A stretch of DNA of 64,000 nucleotides, from assembly GCF_018977255.1 (NCBI RefSeq), contig NW_024704750.1, positions 20,956,001 to 21,020,000 of the forward strand, read 5' to 3'. A model generated the notes under the pieces. The model saw nothing but the letters and a program-made list of their open reading frames with translations, made no database searches and was not told where the DNA came from. This document shows positions 57,301-64,000 of the stretch, piece by piece (positions within the stretch are counted from its first letter, which is position 1; every line of letters begins with the position of its first letter). Both the position numbers and the translations under genes were made by a program. This stretch comes from Callorhinchus milii. Lineage: Eukaryota.

Positions 57301-60300
57301 TAGTGAATCTCAATGTGCCTCTCGTGATCTGTGATCTAACAAAAGGCTCTCTTCCTCCTTTACACAGCACTGGCTGGATGGGGCCCGTCAGCATCTTCAT
57401 TTACTTTGTGATTGGATCCACCGTCAACAAGATCCTGATAGGACCCATCGTGGCCACCCTGGTGGAGCAGGAGAAGCTGGAGGGAGACTTCAGGTCAGTT
57501 CTGCTTTCAATCTCTTGTCCTCTTCGCTGAGCTGCCTACCTCAACTCCTCTTTGTTCTTCCCCGCACCCCCACAGGTGGATGGACGGGGCTTCAGCCGAG
57601 AGGAAACTTCAAGGTATTTTAACCTTTATCCCTCTCCCACTCAGGTTCAAGCACATGCAGATCCGAGTAGGCGCAGAGTCTGCGGCCTTTTACAGGTGAG
57701 CACACGGCCATTTTCTGCGAGAATCAGGGAAAATATATTGGTCAGTAGGACATATGAATTAAATTGTACCAGTTTTTTGCCATTAGTGCTCGGGGGTGAT
57801 GTATTTTGATGTAACGATTCAGAGCAGGATGCCTCTGTTTCTCTTGGGTGCGCAGAGCGGGGAGCGTGGAGCAGGTGAGGACAGGCAAGAGACTCCAGGA
57901 ACTGCTGCGGACACAGAGGTTGCTGATGCAGAGGGAGCTGTGGCTTCACCGTGAGTCTGTGTGGGGCTGAGCGACAGAAGTGGGGGGGGGGGCAGGGAAA
58001 GGGGTGAGTCGATATGGGGGTATCAGGCTTCAATAATAATGAGGATAATCCTTGCATTTGATAAAATGCCTTATTACGTCATTGGGACGTCTCAAAGTGC
58101 TTCACAGAATATACTGTTAAGTGGATTGACTAGTTTGTGAGCGAAATGCAGTGGCCAATTGAGCACAGCAGTGTCCCACAAACAGACGGTGATTCAGTGA
58201 CCACATTATTATTTTTGTTTTTTGAAGGGATTATTACCCCTGTAAAGCTAATCGACTAACAACCGGGTACTACTGGGTAAACAGAGGCAGGTGAACGCAG
58301 GAAACTTTCTAAGGTTTTGCCCCATTTGGGAATCAAACCCACATTCTCTTGCTTGCGAGGAGAGTTGACTAACCGCTACTGTACGATATTGGGCAGAATT
58401 TTTCTGGGGGGATGGTGGTGGGAGGAAGAGAAAGGAACAATGCAATTTTCTTTAAAACTCACTGAAAGTCTTTAAATCTGAGACAAGGCCTGAAATGAAC
58501 GACGGACAAATTCAGACTGGGATTGGACGGAGATTTGATAAAGCGATGGAGGGAGGGATAGAGCAGTGTAGGAGGATAATATAATAATAATCCTTGCATT
58601 TGATATAGCGCCTTATCACGTCTTCTAAACATCTCAAAGCGCTTAACAGAATATACTGTAAAGGTAATTGACTGTATATTTTGTGGGCGAAACACTGCAG
58701 CCAATTGGCACAGCAGTGTCCCACAAATAGTCATGGATTAAGTGACCAAATTATTATTATTTTTTTGAAAGGCTTATTACCCCCGGAAAAGTGATCCATC
58801 AGTTGACAAAGAATCAGGTTCCTGCTTACTGCTAGGTAAACAGAGGCGTGTGGAGTAAGGAAACTTGACTAATGGTTCGCCCTGGTTTATGTTGTTTGGA
58901 CCTTGTGCTTGTCCTTTCAGTGGGGGTGAACACGTTCGATTACCTGGGCAGCATCCTCAGCTACGTAGTGATCGCTGTGCCTATCTTCAGTGGGGTGTAC
59001 GATGGGCTGCACCCCGCAGAGCTCATCGCGCTTGTCAGCAAGGTGAGCACCAGCCCTGGGGAGGGAGTGGAATGCCTCAGGCTTCAGATCGCCTCTTTGC
59101 CTCTTTAAGACCCCAGCCCGGATGCCAAGCTCAAACTGTTTCTTGCTGAAAGGCGTAACATAAGTGTACATTTGCATTGTAATTTATATTCAAAGAGTTT
59201 TGTTTCGAATTTCTGAAATAACATTCAGTATTCAGGTAATAATACCAATACTAATCCTTGCATTTGATATAGCACCTTATTACTGTATTGAGACGTCTCA
59301 AAGCGCTTCACAGGATATATTGTAAAGTGAATTGACTGTGATTTGTAAGTGAACACCTACAATTAAATATAAGTTTATTACAGTGGAGTCTAACCTTCAT
59401 ATTTCGAACCCGTCACTGGAATGAAGGGGTGTATTTTGAGCCGACTTCCACTAGGTGTTGCTGCAATAAAAGTTGACAAAGGACTAGAACACTTAATGGG
59501 ATCTTTCATATGGAGGGAGGCGCCTTAGATAGGCTATCGTTCTTGTAGTCAGGGATGCCGCGTGTGGTACAGGAGCAGCATTAGTGAACATGGGGAGGAG
59601 GATATGTGCTATGTGTAACCTTTGCTCATTCCCCCCCCCCCACTTCTCTTTTCCAGAATGCCTTTGTGTCCATCTACCTGATCAGCTGCTTCAGCCAATT
59701 GATCGATCTCTCGACGTCCGTGTCTGACCTGGCCGGCTACACGCACAGGTGAAGGGTCATTAAAAGGTTGGACGGGGCAGGGAGAGAGGGACAACACAGA
59801 AATCAGGTGGTCTCCGCAGTCTTGCTCAAGGCCTTCAAGGCTGCCATGGTCTTGCTCCCCCCTACCTCTGACCTCATAAGAATCCCATATCAGCTTGTCC
59901 GCTCCCTCTGCTTCAGGTCCCCCACACTTCATGCCCCAGTATTGGCGGTCGGACATTCAGCATTTCTGCCCCTCTGGAACGCTATCCTGCAAACCCGCCG
60001 CCTCACCCCCTTCTCTTGCCTCCTTCAAGTCCCGTCTGAAGACCTTCCTCTTTGATCGTGCCTTCAGCTACCCTCATACCCCCAACCCCCTGCCCTGTAT
60101 CCCCTCTGACCCCAACCCCCAGGTCGAGTACAAAACCGCTGATTGTCCAGCACTCTGGGACGTCTTTCCAAGGGCCTTATACAAGTGTAATTTATTGTTG
60201 TCTTAAGATGGCTGTAGACAGGAGTGGGGGAGGGTATGTTAGTGTTTGGACTGGATTCTGTCCACTTTTAGCTCAAGTACCTTTAGAGATTATGATATGT

Positions 60301-61177
60301 TCAGTGAGTGGAGTGGGGGCTCGCAGTGCTGGTCAGTAGATGTACTTGGTGCTGTCTGCATTGGCACCTCCTGGACTTGCCTTCTCTCTGTCCACTGGTT
60401 GCAGGATCGGGGAGCTGCAGGAAGCCTGCCTAGAGATTTCCAAATCCCAAGGGAAAGAGGGTCTTTGTGTCAGCGAGGATTTGTGGGAGTTTGAAGAGTA
60501 AGTTGTGCGGGGAAAGCGTGGCTGTGTTTAAGCTAGCCATTAAACCCATCCTCTCTGACATCAGTGTCACCACTGACCTCACCAGAGACTTATTGCTCCT
60601 GTGTTATTTTCCTTCTTTACTCTCTTCCCCACCCACCCACCCACCCCTGCTTGCCTCCCCCCTTTTCGTGCTAGTCTCCATCCGAGACCATTTTTTAAAA
60701 AAATCAAAAAATTAGCTTCCGATCTTTGGGCTTTATTGGGCACTAACATGTAATCCATGTGTGAATGCAATTGGATTGCGCATTCCATACGTGTGTGTGT
60801 GTGTGTGTGTACACAGAGGGAATTCTCTCTTACTCTTACCTCATTCGTGTTCTCTTTATTCTCTCTACTCTTGCTCATCCCCCGCGCTCCTTCTGGACTT
60901 GCAATATATATTTAATTATACAGTAAAAGTCACGTAAGTCTGATCTGTATAAATTAATGATCATCTTAAGTCATACACTGCCCAAGTCCTCTGCAAGTTT
61001 GACATAACTCATACTTAGCATAAGTAATGTTAACTGATACGACTTATGTGAGGTTTACTGTATACTCTCTCTCTCTCTCGTTTCTTTTGCCTTTCCACTC
61101 TTCTGTTACCCATTCAGTCTATCCTGTTTTTCTCTTTTCTCCTTCACTCATTTTCACCCCTTCTCGTGCTCACATCC

Positions 61178-61215
<38 letters not shown>

Positions 61216-63524
61216 TCTCACACACCGCAACCACGCATACACATACGCAGACTAGCCAGGGGCAGACTCCAGCCTGCTGGTGGGAAGGGTAATACAGTGT
61301 GCTCTGTGTACAGTAGCCTGGATTTAGGCGAGGGGCAGTCCAGTGGGAAGGCCTGGATTCTGGAGCGAGTCTCCTTCACCTCGCCCTCTTCAGACCAGCT
61401 CCTGGTGCAGAACCTGACGCTGCAGATCACAGAGGGCAACAGCCTGCTGATTACAGGCAACACAGGCACCGGGAAGACGTCCCTGTTACGGATCCTGAAC
61501 GGACTGTGGGAAGCCGCGGAGGGTAAGAGAGACACTGCCGGGCCGGCAAGGACACACCAGGAGAAACTCCCTTCTCTTTCCCAATAAGTGTCTGTCAGCC
61601 AGGATGGGTTGGGCTCAGGTCCTGAAATGTGCGACGAGGCATGAGTTGGTGGGAATGACACTCACTGTAACCGCCCGCCCGGTGTGTTTCCAGGCTCCGT
61701 GCGGAGGTTGACCTGCTTCGGGCCCCATGGGATTCTCTTCATTCCCCAGAAGCCGTTCTTCACAGATGGGACCCTGCGGGAGCAGGTAAGCGCTTGGATC
61801 TTGTGTGCGTGAGAGTGAGTGAGAGAGAGCCCAAGCATGGAGGGAATTAATAATAATAATAATACTTGCATTTGATGTAGCGCTCAACAGGTTGTTGAGA
61901 CGTCTCAAAGCCCTTCGTAGAATATATTGTAAAGTGGAGTGACTGTGTATTTTGTAGGTGAGACACGGCAGCCAATTGCGCACAGCAGCGTCCCGCAAAC
62001 AGTCAGGGATTGAGTGACCAAATTTATTTATTTTTTGGAGGGATTATAACCCCCGGAAAGCGATCTGCCAATCAACTAACAAACCGAGTTCTAAGAAAAA
62101 TGAAGGAAGAAGCAGCCAGAGAGTCTCGGGGGGGGGGGTGGGGTTGGCGGGGCAGAGAGAGAGAATGCGCAGCAGGATCACACTGCCACTGAGACCAGCG
62201 ACCATCAGATGATAGTATGAGCTGGAGAAGGAGGTTCGCAGTCGAGCTTTGAGACGTCTTTCTAATATGAAGGGTACATTGTAATTCCTCTCGGGTCTTC
62301 AGCCTTCCTGCCCTACCATTTGGAACTCCTTCCCTCCCTCCCTCCACCCTTCCTGATCCCAAACCCAAGCTCGGGTCCAAATCCTCGACTGTCCAGCGCC
62401 TTGGGACGTCCTCCCGACGTGAAAGGCGCTATACAAATGTTGTTGTTGTGTATTTACATAGCTTTGTGTTTGTATTTCTGCAGGTGATTTACCCCTTGAA
62501 AGAGATCTACCCAGCCTCAGGTATTGTTCTGTGTGCTCAGTACTTCAGTGTGCAGGACAGCCTGTTAGTAAGTGAGTCACTAGAGCACAGCTTTGCTTTA
62601 ATGTGGGTGTCCTGTGGACCCACTGTTACTGAGCACTGTAAATATCCAGCTTCCAGTGCAGAACAGCCTGTTTCCTCGGCTAAACACCTAGAGGTTTGCC
62701 AGTTATCAGCCCAGTCTCTGAAATTTATCGAACTTGATGCCAAGTGCACTCTCTATCTTTCTTTCTGTGACCGACAACAATCTCAGGAACTCCCTGCCTC
62801 AATCCCACCCATTTTGCCCCCTTTTTCCCCCTCTTCAAGTCACACCTAAAGACTTCCCTCTTCGACCGTGCCTTTGGCCAGCTCTTACCAGCTCGGTGTC
62901 CAGCCGCACCACTGTTAATCGATCCGAGACGCTACTCACATGAAAGGTGCTATATAATGGCCTGTCGTCATCGTGGCTGTTGACCTGGGTTGATGTCTTT
63001 TTCCATAGATTCAGCCGACGAGAGAATCATTCGTTTCTTGGAACTCACAGGCCTGGTGAGTCATTTCCGTCTTGGTTACCCAATATACAGGCATCTTAAC
63101 GGGGCAGTGCTTTTACACACTCATCTTGTGGAGGGGCGTGTGTTCATTATACACTGGCATCTAACACAAGAGTGTGTTACAGACTGGCATCTAACGGGGG
63201 AGTGCGTTACACACTGGCATCTTGTATATATAGAGAGAGAGATAATACCGCACAAACCTGGAAAATAACCCTATATTTAATAAAATACCAGAAACTTTAC
63301 AACTAAACTATGCACATGCTGACGCCATTATTTAAAGTGTGTGACTGCTTGTTGCCCAAACACCCTTCGTGCTGTTGCCCAAGTCTAATCGGAGTGCAAT
63401 TTGCAGCAGAAGGTCCACCTACCTTTGAGAGATTTTTAGAAAAAAGCCTCACCATCTTTTCCTGTCTTTAGATGTCGCTGTTGAAGAGGACGGGAGGGCT
63501 TGACAAACAGATGGAGTGGAACTG
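51376..63524 (+). CDS. ABCD4: ABCD4 lysosomal cobalamin ABC transporter, exons 1-16; continues beyond the window; 1-nt frameshift in exon 3 as assembled
   Basis: Exons 51376-51422, 52660-52778, 54978-55104, 55980-56119, 56630-56746, 57368-57493, 57645-57695, 57856-57950, 58921-59042, 59657-59748, 60405-60497, 61314-61522, 61694-61785, 62484-62520, 63009-63055, 63472-63524; all GT-AG. Diagnostic peptides: [55 protein letters not shown], Walker [28 protein letters not shown]. Confidence 0.95.
51700..52225 (+). mobile_element. CR1 3' fragment interrupted by a short G-rich array
   Basis: [21 protein letters not shown]...RTRGH; array at ~51775-51878. Confidence 0.75.
52915..53395 (+). mobile_element. 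CR1 RT fragment
   Basis: YINDLD...SKFADDT...WQMKFN...[31 protein letters not shown]. Confidence 0.9.
54402..54785 (+). mobile_element. tRNA-derived SINE (dominant family)
   Basis: Complete copy with A/B boxes and tail. Confidence 0.85.
55705..55966 (+). mobile_element. 5'-truncated SINE abutting the ABCD4 exon 4 acceptor
   Basis: SINE body with a (TTA)n tail ending about 13 nt before the exon start at 55980. Confidence 0.8.
56822..57180 (+). mobile_element. tRNA-derived SINE (dominant family)
   Basis: GGAGTCC...GGTTCGATTCCC head through tail. Confidence 0.85.
58040..58870 (-). mobile_element. Two reverse SINE copies (~58040-58385 and ~58582-58870)
   Basis: Dominant SINE family sequence. 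Confidence 0.8.
59810..60200 (+). mobile_element. L2 3' fragment
   Basis: [14 protein letters not shown] followed by the tail. Confidence 0.8.
61848..62095 (-). mobile_element. SINE fragment (dominant family)
   Basis: Reverse tail and Deu-like body. Confidence 0.8.
63150..63222. repeat. 30-bp tandem repeat (ACACTGGCATCTAAC...GTGTTAC), about 2.5 units
   Basis: Seen directly. Confidence 0.75.
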
Positions 63525-64000
63525 GTGAGATCAATCGTAGATGTGCTGGTAATTTCGTGGCTTTCAAGCAGGAAATGCAGCTGGCAGTGTGTTGGGAAGC
63601 TGGTGGTCTGAACTCCACAACCTTCTGACCCAGTAGCAAAAATCAATCAATCAGTTGATTTCTGGGTCAGCAGAAAGAACACAACACAAAATTACGTGTG
63701 TATAGCACCTTTCACGTCGGGAGGACTTCCCAGGGTGCTGTGACGTCCTCTTGACGTGAAAGGCGCAATACGTTGTAACTTGTTGTTGCTGGCCGGTCAG
63801 GGATTTGGACCCAAGCAGTGGGTTTGGGATCAGGGAGGGTTTGGGTAGGAGGGTGGCCGAAGCTGCGATCGAAGAGCAGTGACCCCGATGGCCTGAAAGC
63901 CGGCCATTCTTTCTTTTTGTTCAACAATTAGCCTGTGAGCAGGGAGCGAATGGGCCAGCCATGACTTCGACACAGCCAAATCCAATATCGGGCCTCAACG

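Overview
Repeat-rich vertebrate genomic DNA with spliced genes. The SacSINE1-like DeuSINEs, L2/CR1 and Penelope relics and two-exon GPR139-like receptors suggest a cartilaginous fish, possibly a chimaera (inference). Genes from left to right: EEF1AKMT3/METTL21B-like methyltransferase copy 1 (-); two tandemly duplicated GPR139-like class A GPCR genes (+); EEF1AKMT3-like copy 2 (-); a decayed C2H2 zinc-finger remnant; an intact 12-finger C2H2 coding exon (-); a 25-N gap; the 5' part of an LRC-type Ig-superfamily gene (-); an orphan CpG promoter with a non-coding exon; a 3.1-kb G-rich array; and exons 1-16 of ABCD4 (+), with a 1-nt frameshift in exon 3. The most notable structure is a pair of inverted G-rich arrays that each carry one half of the same SINE. 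Flipping the segment between them would rebuild the SINE and join the orphan promoter exon to the zinc-finger exon, which points to a real inversion or a mis-assembly. Also notable are the LRC-like Ig gene and GPCR C-termini taken from a retroposon tail. I see no fully new biological system that can be proven from the sequence alone. Repeat boundaries are approximate.
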